In this document: positions 17,958-28,919 of the stretch, in pieces
Numbering within the stretch: the first letter of the stretch is position 1
How the letters are laid out: each line of letters begins with the position of its first letter
Assembly (NCBI GenBank): GCA_964647625.1
Contig: CAZYHZ010000009.1
Coordinates: 16,056 to 80,055, forward strand
Direction of reading: 5' to 3'
DNA from: an uncultured Acidobacteriota bacterium
Lineage (GTDB): Bacteria; Acidobacteriota; Polarisedimenticolia; Polarisedimenticolales; DASRJG01
Length of the DNA: 64,000 nucleotides
Made by a program: the position numbers and the translations under genes
Notes under the pieces: generated by a model
Told to the model about the DNA's origin: nothing
Seen by the model: the letters and a program-made list of their open reading frames with translations, nothing else
Databases searched by the model: none

Positions 17958-18722
17958 ATGACGCTTACGCTCAAGCGGCCCCTCGCCGTGTTCGATCTCG
18001 AAACGACGGGCACCGATCCGCAGCGGGACAAGGTCGTCGAGGTCGCCCTGGTTCGCATCGATCCGTCCGGCGACCGGAAGGAGCTGGCCTTCCGCGTCCA
18101 TCCGGGGCGTCCGATCCCCAAGGAAGCGACGGCGATCCACGGCATCCGGGACGAAGACGTCGCCTCCGCCCCCAAGTTCAAAGAGATCGCCCGCGAGCTT
18201 CTCGACTTCATGACGGACTCCGACCTCGCCGGCTTCAACGTCAGGCGCTTCGACGTCCCCCTGCTCGAGCGCGAGTTCCGCGAGGCGGGGCTCGACCTCG
18301 CGCTGGCCTCGCGCCGCGTGGTCGATGCGATGACGATCTTCCACAAGAAAGAGCCGCGCCACCTCTCCGCCGCCGTCCGGTTCTTTCTCGATCGCGACCA
18401 CGACGGCGCGCACGGTGCCGAGGCGGACGCTCGGGCCGCGCTCGACGTGCTCCTCGCGGAGCTTGCGCGCTACGACGATCTCCCGCGGACGGTCGACGCC
18501 CTGGATGCCTGGTGCAATCCGGTGCCCGAAGGGGCGATCGACCGCGGCGGGAAGTTCGTCCTGAAAGAAGGAGAGCCGGTGTTCGCGTTCGGCCGCTACA
18601 ACGGCAAGCCGCTCCGCGAGGTCGCTCGCTCCCAGCGCGACTACCTCGAATGGATCCTGAAGCAAGACTTCCCCGAGGACGCCCGCACGCTGGTGCAGGA
18701 TGCCCTCCGGAACGCGCGATGA
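17958..18722 (+). CDS. DEDDh 3'-5' exonuclease (DnaQ-like)
   Basis: FDLETTG, GFNVRRFD and AHGAEAD motifs, plus a C-terminal FGRY module. Confidence 0.9.
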   Translation: MTLTLKRPLAVFDLETTGTDPQRDKVVEVALVRIDPSGDRKELAFRVHPGRPIPKEATAIHGIRDEDVASAPKFKEIARELLDFMTDSDLAGFNVRRFDVPLLEREFREAGLDLALASRRVVDAMTIFHKKEPRHLSAAVRFFLDRDHDGAHGAEADARAALDVLLAELARYDDLPRTVDALDAWCNPVPEGAIDRGGKFVLKEGEPVFAFGRYNGKPLREVARSQRDYLEWILKQDFPEDARTLVQDALRNAR

Positions 18723-19291
18723 TCAGCACGACCGATTTCAAGCGAGGGGCCCGCATCCTCGTGGACGGGGAGCCGTTTCAGCTCGAGGACTACCAGGTCC
18801 AGACCCCCTCCGCGCGCGGCGCCGCCACCCTCGTGCGGTGCAAGCTCCGGCACGTCGTGTCCGGCACGCTGCTCGACAAGACGTTCAAGTCCGGGGAGAA
18901 GTTCGAAGAGCCCGACGTGGCGCTCCGTCAGGTCCAGTTCCTCTACGGCGACGGCGAGTCGAGCCACTTCATGGACCTCGGTAGCTACGACCAGTTCGCG
19001 ATCCCGAACGAGCGGATCCACGAGATGGTCCCGTGGCTGACCGACGGCCTCCAGCTCCAGGCCGTCTACTGGAACGGCTCGGTGGCCGGCATCAGCCTGC
19101 CGCAGTACGTGGAGGCCGAGGTCGACATGGCGGCCGGCGGGGCGAAGAGCGACACCGCGAGCGGAAAGAACCTCAAGGACGCGTCGCTGACCAACGGGAT
19201 CACGATCCGGGTCCCGCTCTTCATCGAGTCGGGCGAGCGCATCATCGTGGACCCGCGGACGCAAGAGTTCATCAAGCGCGCCCAGAAATAG
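18719..19291 (+). CDS. efp: Elongation factor P family protein with PSARG loop
   Basis: DFKRG, TFKSGEKF, QFLY.DG, FMD, VPLFIESGE..IVD motifs; ATGA overlap with the upstream gene. Confidence 0.9.
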   Translation: MISTTDFKRGARILVDGEPFQLEDYQVQTPSARGAATLVRCKLRHVVSGTLLDKTFKSGEKFEEPDVALRQVQFLYGDGESSHFMDLGSYDQFAIPNERIHEMVPWLTDGLQLQAVYWNGSVAGISLPQYVEAEVDMAAGGAKSDTASGKNLKDASLTNGITIRVPLFIESGERIIVDPRTQEFIKRAQK

Positions 19292-19994
19292 CCTCGACGA
19301 TCCGTTCCGCCCGCTCGAGCTCCCGTCTCAGCCGGGGGGGCGCCAGGCCTCGACCGCGCCGGCTGGCGATCGCGGCGAGCCGGTCTCGCTGCGATCTCCA
19401 GTACCGGAGGACCTCGGCCCCGCCCGCGCGGATCAGGAGCGGCCCTGCGGCCAGGAGGTCGTCGCGGCTCAGGGTCGTGTGCCGGTAGAGGCCGTCGTCG
19501 GCCGGACGCCGGGCGGCGATCGTGACGTACGCGCGGCCGCCCTCTTCGGTCAGGGTCTCCGAGTCGAGCCCCCATCCGTCGTCCGCCAGGGAGCGGCGGA
19601 CGAGCGGAACCTCCGACCTCGGCTGGAGCACGAGCCGGATGGGGCCGAGGGAGCGAAGCGCCCTCGGGTCGAGTATCCGGACCATCGTCCGGCCACCCAG
19701 GCCGGCCAGCACGACCGTGTCGATCCGGTCGCCGGGGCGGATCGCGGAGAGCCCGTCCCCCACGCGATGGATCAGCCGGTTGCGCCACGATGCGCCGGGT
19801 CCGGGGCGGATCGCCGCCGCCAGGCGGGCGACGGTCGTCTCCGTCGCCAGGCAGAGCTCGGCCCGGCCGGTCGCCGCGAGCCAGAGGGGGAGCTTGCCGT
19901 GATCGGTGCCGATGTCGGCGACGCGCCGGCCGGTCCCGACGGCTCCGGCGACCGCCGCCAGCCGAGGGGTGAGCGGCGTCGGGTCTCGCTCCAT
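19272..19994 (-). CDS. trmK: tRNA (adenine22-N1)-methyltransferase TrmK-like
   Basis: PRLAAVA, VADIGTDHGKLP, RVGDGL, VLAGLGG and LVLQP motifs. Confidence 0.8.
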   Translation of the reverse strand: MERDPTPLTPRLAAVAGAVGTGRRVADIGTDHGKLPLWLAATGRAELCLATETTVARLAAAIRPGPGASWRNRLIHRVGDGLSAIRPGDRIDTVVLAGLGGRTMVRILDPRALRSLGPIRLVLQPRSEVPLVRRSLADDGWGLDSETLTEEGGRAYVTIAARRPADDGLYRHTTLSRDDLLAAGPLLIRAGGAEVLRYWRSQRDRLAAIASRRGRGLAPPRLRRELERAERIVEAISGRA

Positions 19995-20018
19995 GGTGCA
20001 ACTTTAACGTGCGCGGTC

Positions 20019-20046
20019 TTGCGGCGCAGAAGGGGGATCCTATAAT
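20019..20046 (+). promoter_or_regulatory. Putative sigma70 promoter of speA
   Basis: TTGCGG, 16 nt spacer, TATAAT. Confidence 0.55.
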
Positions 20047-20090
20047 TCGGCCACCCTGGAAGGGAAAGGGCCGGGAGCGTAAGAGCTGCC

Positions 20091-21998
20091 ATGAACGTTT
20101 CGTTCACCGACCGCTTCACGACAGACGATGCCGTCAACATCTACGGCCTCGACGGGTGGAGCAACGGCTACTTCGCCATCGGCGAGGACGGGCACCTGCT
20201 CGTCACCCCGACCCGCGAGCCCGCGCGAGCGATCGACGTCTACCGCGTGGTCGAAGATCTCGCCAAGCGCGGTATCAAGACGCCGGCGCTCCTCCGGTTC
20301 CCGCAGCTTCTCGAGGGGCAGGTCAACGAGCTGTCGCAGAGCTTCGCCAACGCGATCCGCGAGTACAACTACCGCGAGCGGTACCTTCCGGTGTTTCCGA
20401 TCAAGGTCAACCAGCAGCGCGTCGTCGTCGAAGGGCTCGTGCGCGCCGGCTGGAGCGCAGGCCTCGGGCTCGAAGCCGGCAGCCGGCCGGAGCTACTGGC
20501 CGCGATCGCCCTCGACCTGTCGCCGGACGCCCTCGTCATCTGTAATGGGTTCAAAGACTCCGCGTACCTTCGCACCGCGTCGATGGCGTGCCGGCTCGGC
20601 AAGCAAGTGGTCGTCGTCATCGAGAAGCCGTTCGAGGTGGATCAGATCCTCGAGATGGCGGCATCCGAGCCGGTTCTCTTCAAGATCGGCTTCCGCATCC
20701 GCCTCCAGGCCAAGGGCTCCGGGATGTGGGAGAAATCGAGCGGCTTCACGTCGAAGTTCGGCCTGACGACGCTTCAGCTCCTGCGCGGGCTCGAGAAGCT
20801 GACCGACTCCGGCCTGCGCTCCCAGCTCGCCCTGCTTCATTTCCACATCGGCAGCCAGATCACCGAGATCCGCAAGGTGAAGGCCGCCGTCCGGGAGGCC
20901 GCGCGAATCTACGCGAAGGTCCGAAAGCTCGGCGCCGACGTGTCGTATCTCGACGTCGGCGGGGGCTTGGGCATCGACTACGACGGCTCCAAGACCTCTT
21001 CCGACGCGTCGGTGAACTACACGGTCCAGGAGTACGCCAACGACGTCGTGTTCGGTATCCAGGAAGTGTGCGACGAAGAGCACGTGCCCCCGCCGCGGAT
21101 CGTCAGCGAGTCCGGGCGCATGCTCGTCGCCTACCACGCGATGCTGATCACGGACGTGCGGGCGGCGGTGTCCGGCCAGGAGTCCGATCCGCCGGCCCTC
21201 ACCGGGCGGGAAGCGCAGATCGTCCAGGACCTCGCCGAGACCGCGAAGAAGATCTCGGTCAAGAACTACCGCGAGTTCTACCACGATGCGATCGAGTACC
21301 GCGATCAGATGTACTCCCTGTTCAACCTCGGGATGCTCGGGCTCGAAGAGCGCGGGAAGGGCGAGATGTTCTTCCGCGAGGTCGCGATGAAGGCGGTGCG
21401 TTACTCGAAATCCGCGAAGTTCGTCGCCGACGAGTTCCAGGAGCTCGAGACGAAGCTCCACGACAAGTACATCTGCAACTTCTCGGTCTTCCAGTCGGTC
21501 CCCGATCACTGGGCGCTCGACCAGCTCTTCCCGATCATCCCGGTGCACCGGCTCAACGAGATCCCCACGCGCAAGGCGACGCTCGCCGACATCACCTGCG
21601 ACTCCGACGGAGAGGTCGAGAAGTTCGTCGATCTCAAGGACATCAAGGACGCGCTCGAGATCCACGATCTCAAGGACGGCGAGCCCTACTACCTGGCCTT
21701 CGCTCTCGTCGGCGCCTACCAGGACACGATGGGGGACATGCACAACCTCTTCGGGCGGGTGCACGAGGCCGAGGTGATCCTCGGTCCGAAGGGGGTCCCG
21801 GTGGTCAGCGACGTCAGGCGCGGCGAGCCGGCGCGGGAGACCCTCGCCTGCTTCGGCTACGACGCCACGGATCTGCTCGAAGCCGTCAAGGCGCAGGTCC
21901 GCGAGCGCGCCAATCGAGGCGAGCTGTCGTCCGATGAAGCGGCCGCGTTCCTCGACAGCTACACCGCAAGCCTCGCTCAATACACCTACCTCGATTGA
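20091..21998 (+). CDS. speA: Biosynthetic arginine decarboxylase
   Basis: FPIKVNQ, LEAGSRPEL, HFHIGSQ, DVGGGLG, ESGR, TCDSDG and GAYQ motifs. Confidence 0.95.
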   Translation: MNVSFTDRFTTDDAVNIYGLDGWSNGYFAIGEDGHLLVTPTREPARAIDVYRVVEDLAKRGIKTPALLRFPQLLEGQVNELSQSFANAIREYNYRERYLPVFPIKVNQQRVVVEGLVRAGWSAGLGLEAGSRPELLAAIALDLSPDALVICNGFKDSAYLRTASMACRLGKQVVVVIEKPFEVDQILEMAASEPVLFKIGFRIRLQAKGSGMWEKSSGFTSKFGLTTLQLLRGLEKLTDSGLRSQLALLHFHIGSQITEIRKVKAAVREAARIYAKVRKLGADVSYLDVGGGLGIDYDGSKTSSDASVNYTVQEYANDVVFGIQEVCDEEHVPPPRIVSESGRMLVAYHAMLITDVRAAVSGQESDPPALTGREAQIVQDLAETAKKISVKNYREFYHDAIEYRDQMYSLFNLGMLGLEERGKGEMFFREVAMKAVRYSKSAKFVADEFQELETKLHDKYICNFSVFQSVPDHWALDQLFPIIPVHRLNEIPTRKATLADITCDSDGEVEKFVDLKDIKDALEIHDLKDGEPYYLAFALVGAYQDTMGDMHNLFGRVHEAEVILGPKGVPVVSDVRRGEPARETLACFGYDATDLLEAVKAQVRERANRGELSSDEAAAFLDSYTASLAQYTYLD

Positions 21999-23317
21999 CC
22001 GATCCTGACCGGAAGCCTCGCCGACATCTCGGACTGATCGACGCGACGGCGGTCTTCGCCGGCATCATCCTCGGATCGGGAATCTTCGTCGCGCCGTCGG
22101 GGATCGCGGCCGTCGCGCCGTCGCCCGCCCGCGCCGTGGCCTTGTGGATCGCCGGGGCCTTGGTCGCCGCCTGCGGAGCGTCGTGCTACGCCGAGTGCGC
22201 GGGCCGCGTCCCGGCCAACGGCGGCTTCTTCGTGTTCCAGCGGGAAGCCTTCGGACGGGCGATCGCGTTCGTCTCAGGGTGGGCGGCGATCTTCGTCACG
22301 TACCCCGCGTCGATCGCCGCGATCTCGCTCGTGTGCGCGGCGTACCTCTCGCAGTGCACCGGCACGGCCGTCAACGAGCCTCTGGTCGGCGCCCTCGCCC
22401 TGGCGGCGGCCGGCCTCCTCAACGTCGTGGGATTGCGCACTGGACCTCGCGCGCAGGTCGTGTTGACCTCGATCAAGATCGCCGTCCTCGCCATCGTCGC
22501 CCTGGCCGCGCTGTCGGGCACGCCTCACCCCGCGGCGGCGGCCGTCGTCGCCGCGCCGGACCTGCCGTCCGGCGCAACCGCATGGCTGTCGGCGCTGATG
22601 ATCCTCCTGTGGACCTACGACGGGTGGTCGGACGTCACGCTCGTGGCGGGAGAAGTAAGAAGCCCCGGCCGCAATCTCGGACGCGCGGTGATTCTCGGGA
22701 CCGCGGTCTTGGCGCTCGTCTACTCGCTCACGCAATTCGCCGTCATGCGGGCGTTGCCCCGGAGCGAGATCGTGGCCTCGACGCGACCGGTCGCGGCCGC
22801 GGTGGAGTCTCTGTGGGGTGCCCGCGCCGGCTCGGCCGTAGCCGGCCTGGTCGTCGTCAGCACGTTCGGCTCGATCGTGGGAACCGTTCTCACGGTGTCC
22901 CGCCTGGGCCACGCGATGGCCCGGGAGGGCGCATTCTTTCCCGGAATCGGCACCCTTCATCCGCGGTGGGCGACGCCGGCCCGCTCGACGGCGGTTCTGA
23001 CCGGAATGGCCATCGTGTACGCGCTCTGGGGGTCGTTCCGCGGGATCCTCGCCCTCTTCACCTTCGCGGTCTGGATCTTCTACGGTCTGACCGCGATCGC
23101 CCTGCTGATCCTCAGGCGGCGTGGGGTCGGGGAGCCCGCGACGTGGCGCGCGCCGCTGGGCGTCGTCCCGCCGATCGTGGTGCTCACCGTCGCGGTCGCG
23201 ATGACCATCGAGCTCGTGATGGACGACCCGCTGCGCGCGGCGGGAGGAGCGGCGCTGCTGTGCGCCGCGTTCCCCGTCTACGGCTTCATCGCGCGATCTG
23301 GCGCGAGACGACGATGA
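21995..23317 (+). CDS. APC family amino acid/polyamine permease
   Basis: [18 protein letters not shown] and LHPRWATP motifs; about 12 hydrophobic segments. Confidence 0.9.
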   Translation: MTDPDRKPRRHLGLIDATAVFAGIILGSGIFVAPSGIAAVAPSPARAVALWIAGALVAACGASCYAECAGRVPANGGFFVFQREAFGRAIAFVSGWAAIFVTYPASIAAISLVCAAYLSQCTGTAVNEPLVGALALAAAGLLNVVGLRTGPRAQVVLTSIKIAVLAIVALAALSGTPHPAAAAVVAAPDLPSGATAWLSALMILLWTYDGWSDVTLVAGEVRSPGRNLGRAVILGTAVLALVYSLTQFAVMRALPRSEIVASTRPVAAAVESLWGARAGSAVAGLVVVSTFGSIVGTVLTVSRLGHAMAREGAFFPGIGTLHPRWATPARSTAVLTGMAIVYALWGSFRGILALFTFAVWIFYGLTAIALLILRRRGVGEPATWRAPLGVVPPIVVLTVAVAMTIELVMDDPLRAAGGAALLCAAFPVYGFIARSGARRR

Positions 23318-24401
23318 ACTCCGCGAGATTCTCGAAGTTGATCATGCCGCGCAGCGCATCGCCTTCCACGACGAGAACGGGAGTCTGCGGATCGTTCTGA
23401 AGTCCCTGGAGAACCGCCTCGAGGTCCGCGCCGGGGTCCACCTGCGAGGTCTCGCGCACCATGACCTCGAGCACGCTCGTCTCCCGGCCGTTCCGCGCGA
23501 GCCCCTCGAGGAGCCGCGCCCGTGGAAGCACGCCGGCCACCCGGTTCCACGCGTCGAGAACCGGGAAGTCGTGCTGGTGGCTCGCGAGCAGGAGCTCCGC
23601 CGCGCGGCCGAGCGTGTCGTGCGGCTGAAGCGTCTCGAATTTCGTGATCATCGCCTCCCGGGCCGTGTGGCCGGCGATCGCGACGCGGCGCGTCTGATAG
23701 GCCATCTCCTGCGCGGCCCCGAGGAACACGAAGAGGCCGATGAACGAGAGGACGACGCCCCACTGGAGCAGCCCGCCGACGATGAACACCAGCGCGATCG
23801 CCTGGCCGATGACCACCGCGATGCGCGTCGCGCGCTGCTCGCCGATCCCGATCGCGAGGATCGCCCGCAGCACGCGTCCGCCGTCCATCGGGAATGCGGG
23901 GATCATGTTGAACACGACGAGCGCGGCGTTTGCCGCCAGCAGGTTCTCGAGGAAGCTGGGCCCCTCCCAACGCGCGACCGAACGAAGCGTCGCGGGAATG
24001 TCCACGGCCCGGAGAGCCAGGACGCACCCGAGCGCCAGGATGACATTGACCGCCGGGCCCGCCAGGGCGATCAGAAGCTCCGCGCGCCCGCCCGGAATCG
24101 ACTCGAGCTTGGCGACTCCGCCGATGGGGTAGAGCACGATCTCCCGCGTCCTCACGCCGAAGCGCGTCGCCGCCGCCGCGTGGCCCATCTCGTGGAGCAG
24201 CACGCACCCGAACACCGCGGAGATGAAGGCCAGCGCGCGCGGCACGCTGCGGCTCGACGCTGCGGCGTCCATCCCGAAGTAGAACAGAAGGAGCAGGAAG
24301 CTGGCGTGGATCCGGATCGGAATCCCCAGCATCGTGCCGACCTGAAAGGACCAGCGGGATCCCGCCGGAACGGGAGGGGCTTTTGCGTCGGTCGGGCTCA
24401 T
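23286..24401 (-). CDS. M50 site-2 protease with CBS domains
   Basis: HEMGH, ALAGP and [13 protein letters not shown] motifs, then two CBS-like repeats. Confidence 0.92.
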   Translation of the reverse strand: MSPTDAKAPPVPAGSRWSFQVGTMLGIPIRIHASFLLLLFYFGMDAAASSRSVPRALAFISAVFGCVLLHEMGHAAAATRFGVRTREIVLYPIGGVAKLESIPGGRAELLIALAGPAVNVILALGCVLALRAVDIPATLRSVARWEGPSFLENLLAANAALVVFNMIPAFPMDGGRVLRAILAIGIGEQRATRIAVVIGQAIALVFIVGGLLQWGVVLSFIGLFVFLGAAQEMAYQTRRVAIAGHTAREAMITKFETLQPHDTLGRAAELLLASHQHDFPVLDAWNRVAGVLPRARLLEGLARNGRETSVLEVMVRETSQVDPGADLEAVLQGLQNDPQTPVLVVEGDALRGMINFENLAEFIVVSRQIAR

Positions 24402-24502
24402 CGCGTTTGGATCATAGGGGCCGGAGCGGGGAGGAGCCAGCCGCCCCCGTTTCGCGCCGTGCGGGATTTCGAGTATCGTGGCCGGTCCCCCGCGAGGCGA
24501 AC

Positions 24503-25039
24503 GTGACGCTGATCCCAGAGCTCAAGGCCCTGTTCAAATTCCAGGACTACGGCAAGAAGCCGCCTATCGAAGGCGTCGCCGTGCACGTCCTCAAACGGTT
24601 CGTCGAGGACGGCGGGTCGATGACCGAGCTGTCACGCTTCGCCGACGGTCATCCCGATGCCGTGCCCGCGTTCTCCCTGGCACAGATCAACTACAGCACG
24701 CTGGCGCCGTCTTCGATCAAGGCGTTCCACGTCCACCAGCGACAGACCGACATCTGGTACGTGCCGCCCGACGATCGCGTGCTCCTCGTGCTCGCCGACG
24801 TGCGCAAGGGGTCGCCGACCGAGAAGGTCGTCACCAAGATGGTGCTCGGCGACGGCCAGTCGATGCTCGTCGTCATCCCGCCCGGCGTGGCGCACGGATG
24901 CCGGAACCTCGGATCCGCCCCCGCCCGCATCCTCTACATGACCGACGTGCGCTTCTCGGCCGATCCCGGCGCCACCGACGAGGGCCGGCTGCCCTGGGAC
25001 CTTCTCGGGGCCGAGGTCTGGGAGCCGTCGAAGGAGTAG
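24503..25039 (+). CDS. RmlC-like cupin (dTDP-4-dehydrorhamnose 3,5-epimerase family)
   Basis: [19 protein letters not shown] and IPPGVAHG motifs; GTG start inferred. Confidence 0.8.
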   Translation: MTLIPELKALFKFQDYGKKPPIEGVAVHVLKRFVEDGGSMTELSRFADGHPDAVPAFSLAQINYSTLAPSSIKAFHVHQRQTDIWYVPPDDRVLLVLADVRKGSPTEKVVTKMVLGDGQSMLVVIPPGVAHGCRNLGSAPARILYMTDVRFSADPGATDEGRLPWDLLGAEVWEPSKE

Positions 25040-25044
25040 GCCCG

Positions 25045-25812
25045 CTACTCCTGCCGGACCGGAGAGAACGACGCGTTCGCATGGGCCCACAAGGTGCTCG
25101 CCAGCTCTTTCCGGTCGCCGGACGTGACGGGCATCGGCGCGAACCGCACGCGGGCGATCACCCGTCTCAGCCCCGCCAGGCGCGGAAAGTGGGTGAGCAG
25201 GCTCTCGCTGTCGTGCCAGCAGATGGTGCGCGAGGGCGCCGCCGAGTTCCCCGGCGTTTCGTACGAGATCGACGCCGCCCAGCACGGGACGCCGGCGCGC
25301 GCGGCCGGCTCGAGCAGCGACGGCTGAAAGGGGAGGATCTCGACGCCGCGCGATGAGCGCCCTTCCGGAAACAGCGTGACGGGGACGCCGAGCGCCAGCC
25401 GGTCGGAAATGTCGCGTCCCGCGCGCACGACGTCTTTCCCGCGCTCGCGATCGACGAAGAGGGTTCCGGCGCCGCGGGCGATGGCGCCGAAGACGGGCCA
25501 CGTGGCGATCTCCCGCTTGGCCAGGAACAGGCTCGGATACAGCGAGCCCAGGACCACGATGTCGAGGTAGGAGACGTGGTTCGATGCGACCAGGAAGGCG
25601 CCGCCGTCGGGGACCTTGCCCTCGACGTCGTGCCGGACCGCGAGGATCGCGCACATCGAGCGGGACCACAGCCGGCACGCCCACGCGCCGGTGCGCGCGG
25701 CCAGGCGCGGCCGGTTGCGGATCACGCCGCGTACCACGGCCGGAATCAGAGCGCACGAGAGCGTGACGAGAAAAACGGCCGGAATCTTGACGGCGATGCG
25801 AAGCCAGCGCAT
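25045..25812 (-). CDS. Lysophospholipid acyltransferase (PlsC-like)
   Basis: SNHVSYLD, FVDRE and FPEG motifs. Confidence 0.9.
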   Translation of the reverse strand: MRWLRIAVKIPAVFLVTLSCALIPAVVRGVIRNRPRLAARTGAWACRLWSRSMCAILAVRHDVEGKVPDGGAFLVASNHVSYLDIVVLGSLYPSLFLAKREIATWPVFGAIARGAGTLFVDRERGKDVVRAGRDISDRLALGVPVTLFPEGRSSRGVEILPFQPSLLEPAARAGVPCWAASISYETPGNSAAPSRTICWHDSESLLTHFPRLAGLRRVIARVRFAPMPVTSGDRKELASTLWAHANASFSPVRQE

Positions 25813-25847
25813 CTGTATAGTGTAGCCATGGAAAGCGAAAGCTCCCG

Positions 25848-27518
25848 ATGATCCAGGAGATCGCCATCCTCGAGCCGGGAGGCGCGACGCGCCAGGTCCC
25901 GCTCGATCGTGACCGCATCCGGATGGGACGGTCGAGCGACAACGATATCTCGTTCCCGAGCGACATGAGCCTCAGCCGCCACCATCTCGTTCTCGAGCGG
26001 GCCGCGGACGGCTGGTACGTCGAAGACCTCGGCGCGAAGAACCGCACGACGATCAACGGGCGGCGCATCGAGGGAAAGACCCGTCTCGCCGCGGGCGATC
26101 GCATCAGCGCCGGCCAGGTGGTCGTGGTCTTCGGCGGCACGAAGACGCCGACCGGGCCGGTGGAGTTCACCGCCGGCGGCGACGAGGGTCCGCTGCGGGC
26201 GACGGTGATGACCAACCTGCGCGGCGTGCTGTCCAGAGAGAGCACGATGCCGGGGACCAAGAAGGCTCCCACCGGTCCCGAGAGGGCCGGGGGAATTCCG
26301 CTCCAGCATCCCGGCGTGTCCGCGCTCATCCGCGCGGGGCAAGAGCTGGCCGGCCACCGCCCGCTGGAAGAGCTGTTCGAGATGATCCTCGACCTGTCGA
26401 TCCAGGCCGTCGGCGCGGAGCGCGGCGTCTTGATGACGCTCGAGGGAGACGACCTCGTCGTCCGCGCGGTGCGCGGAGAGGGGTTCCGCATCAGCTCGGC
26501 GGTTCGCGACCGCGTCATCAAAGAGCGCGCGTCGCTCCTCGTTCGCGATACCGCGCTCGACGAGGCCTTCAAGTCGAGGGACAGCATCGTCGGGCAGCAG
26601 GTCCAGAGCGTGATGGCCGTGCCGCTCCAGACCGCCGATCGCGTCATCGGCCTGGTCAACGTCGACTCCCGGTCGTTCGCGCGGCCGTTCACGCCCGACG
26701 ACCTCGACCTGCTCACCGTCCTCGCCAACGTCGCCGCGATCCGCATCGAGAACCAGCGCCTCGCGGTGATCGAGCACCAGAAGCAGATCATCTCGCGCGA
26801 CCTCGAGCAGGCTGCGGAGATCCAGCGGCGGCTCCTGCCCCGCGAGTCGCCCGCCGTCCCGGGATACGAGATCGCGGGGCACAACCTCCCGTGCCAGACC
26901 GTCGGCGGCGACTACTACGACTTCTTCCCGTACGCCGACGGCCGGATCGGCCTGTGCCTCGGCGACGTCAGCGGAAAGGGAATGCCCGCGGCGCTCCTGA
27001 TGACCGCGCTGAAGGGCGGCGTTCAGGTGCTCCTGGGCGAGGCCCCCGAAGACGTCGCCCACGTGATCGGCCGCCTCGACCGCGTGGTGGCGGCGAACTT
27101 CCCGCGCAATCGCTTCGTCAGCCTCTTCTACGGCGTGCTCGACCCGTCGTCGGGCAATCTGACGTACTGCAACGCCGGTCATAATCCGCCGTTCCTCGTG
27201 AGGGCCTCCGGCAAGATCGATCGCCTGCCGAGCTCCGGGACGATCCTCGGGATCTTTCCCGACCTCGCCTACGAGGTGAGCACCGCGCGGCTGGAGCCCG
27301 GGGACGTCCTGACGCTGTTCAGCGACGGGGTGACCGAAGAGAACAACCCGAGCGGAGAAGAGTTCGGCGAAAGCCGCCTGGCCCAGGTGCTTCTCGAGAA
27401 GGGCCGCGGCCCGGCGGCGGGCCTCGTCGATGGAATCCGCCAGGCCGTGCTCTCGTGGGCCGCGGGCGCGCCCGCGGCGGACGACGTCACGGTCGTCGTG
27501 GCCCGGCGCCTTCCCTAA
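25848..27518 (+). CDS. FHA-GAF-SpoIIE (PP2C) phosphatase
   Basis: FHA (GR..DND...SRHH..KNRT), GAF (VMAVPL), PP2C (GGDYYD, DVSGKG, FSDG, DDVT). Confidence 0.92.
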   Translation: MIQEIAILEPGGATRQVPLDRDRIRMGRSSDNDISFPSDMSLSRHHLVLERAADGWYVEDLGAKNRTTINGRRIEGKTRLAAGDRISAGQVVVVFGGTKTPTGPVEFTAGGDEGPLRATVMTNLRGVLSRESTMPGTKKAPTGPERAGGIPLQHPGVSALIRAGQELAGHRPLEELFEMILDLSIQAVGAERGVLMTLEGDDLVVRAVRGEGFRISSAVRDRVIKERASLLVRDTALDEAFKSRDSIVGQQVQSVMAVPLQTADRVIGLVNVDSRSFARPFTPDDLDLLTVLANVAAIRIENQRLAVIEHQKQIISRDLEQAAEIQRRLLPRESPAVPGYEIAGHNLPCQTVGGDYYDFFPYADGRIGLCLGDVSGKGMPAALLMTALKGGVQVLLGEAPEDVAHVIGRLDRVVAANFPRNRFVSLFYGVLDPSSGNLTYCNAGHNPPFLVRASGKIDRLPSSGTILGIFPDLAYEVSTARLEPGDVLTLFSDGVTEENNPSGEEFGESRLAQVLLEKGRGPAAGLVDGIRQAVLSWAAGAPAADDVTVVVARRLP

Positions 27519-27524
27519 GCGGCG

Positions 27525-28496
27525 TTGAGCGTCGACGCGGCCGCCTTCTCGCCGGCGCGATGGCTGCCCGGCCGCCACCTTCAAACGATTCTCCCGTCCG
27601 TGATGCCGGCGCGCCGCGTGGCGGGCGACAGCTCCGTCCTCGACGTGGCCGTCGCCGAGCGGACGAAGGTGCGGCTCCTCGTCTCGCACCCGACAGCACC
27701 CGGACGCGGGACGCTTCTGCTCGTCCACGGACTCGCCGGATCGGCCGAGTCGGGGTACATGCGGCGCACCGCCGCGGCGGCGATCCGCCGGGGATGGATC
27801 GCCGCGCGCATGAACCTACGCAACTGCGGCGGAACGGAAGCGATGTCCCGGACGCTCTACAACGCCGGGCAGAGCCATGATGCCGCCGGGGTGCTCGCGG
27901 CGCTTTCCGCCGAGCGGTTCCCGCGCCCGTACGCGGTGATCGGGTTCTCGCTCGGCGGCAACCTGGTGCTTCGTTATGCGGGTGCGTCGGGCGGCAACTG
28001 CGCGGCCGACGCCGTCGCCGGCATCAATCCGCCGGTCGACCTCCGCCGATGCATCGACGCGATCGAGCGGCCGGAAAATCGCCTTTATCACGCGTACTTC
28101 ACGCTGAAGCTCTGCGCGCAGCTTTCCGCGATCCGCCGGGTGCGGCAGGTGCCCGGCCCCGATGCGCGGCCGTGGCGGATCGGCGGCATTCGCGGGTTCG
28201 ACGACGCGTTCACCGCCCCCGATGCGGGGTACGCGTCATCGAAGGAGTACTACGTTGACGCAAGCGCGGGCCCGCGTCTTCACGACATCCGGCGGCCGGC
28301 GATGATCTTGTCGGCCGGCGACGACCCGTTCGTTCCCGTGGAAAGCTTTTCCGCCTACCGCAACAGCGGGCGCTTGCTTCGGCTGGTCCATCCGGACCGG
28401 GGCGGACACTGCGGATACTGGGGCTCCGGGCGCCCGCGCTTCTGGGCGGCGGAAGCGGCGCTCGATTTCTTCGAGTCGGAGTGCGGAAGGGGCTGA
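27525..28496 (+). CDS. YheT-family alpha/beta hydrolase
   Basis: HLQTI, VHGLAGS, GFSLGGN, DDPFVP and GGHCGY motifs. Confidence 0.88.
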   Translation: MSVDAAAFSPARWLPGRHLQTILPSVMPARRVAGDSSVLDVAVAERTKVRLLVSHPTAPGRGTLLLVHGLAGSAESGYMRRTAAAAIRRGWIAARMNLRNCGGTEAMSRTLYNAGQSHDAAGVLAALSAERFPRPYAVIGFSLGGNLVLRYAGASGGNCAADAVAGINPPVDLRRCIDAIERPENRLYHAYFTLKLCAQLSAIRRVRQVPGPDARPWRIGGIRGFDDAFTAPDAGYASSKEYYVDASAGPRLHDIRRPAMILSAGDDPFVPVESFSAYRNSGRLLRLVHPDRGGHCGYWGSGRPRFWAAEAALDFFESECGRG

Positions 28497-28499
28497 GCG

Positions 28500-28919
28500 C
28501 TAAACGCCACGCGGAACGTCGTCCTCGACGACGACCGGCTCGGCCGGTGCCGCCTCGCGGCGCTCGCGCTTCGATCCTCCACCGAACAGAGACAATACGG
28601 CGCCACCGACGAGCGACCCGATCGAGACCACCGATCCGAGCGAGTTCTTGACGCTCGAGAGAGCATCTCCGACGGTGCCCACGGCCTCCGCGACCACGCT
28701 CATCCGTTTCACCCCGCGCTCGACGTCATCGACGACACGGTTCACGCGCTCGAGCGTGCCGTTCACCCGGTCGAGCGATTCGTGGATGCGCGGGGTCAGC
28801 GACTGAAGGGTCTCGTTGGTCGTCTTCAGGAGCTTCCAGAGCTGATAAAGCGCCGGAACGACCGCACCGACCAGGACCGCGGCGAGAACCACGACGATGA
28901 GCTGAGCCGTTGGCGTCAT
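28500..28919 (-). CDS. Small membrane protein with coiled coil (DUF948-like)
   Basis: N-terminal TM helix followed by an amphipathic heptad region. Confidence 0.7.
   Translation of the reverse strand: MTPTAQLIVVVLAAVLVGAVVPALYQLWKLLKTTNETLQSLTPRIHESLDRVNGTLERVNRVVDDVERGVKRMSVVAEAVGTVGDALSSVKNSLGSVVSIGSLVGGAVLSLFGGGSKRERREAAPAEPVVVEDDVPRGV

Noticed and set aside
24503-25039. RmlC-like gene as a supplier for EF-P rhamnosylation
   Set aside because: No earP or other rml gene in the window, 5 kb from efp, and the EF-P loop is EfpL-like.
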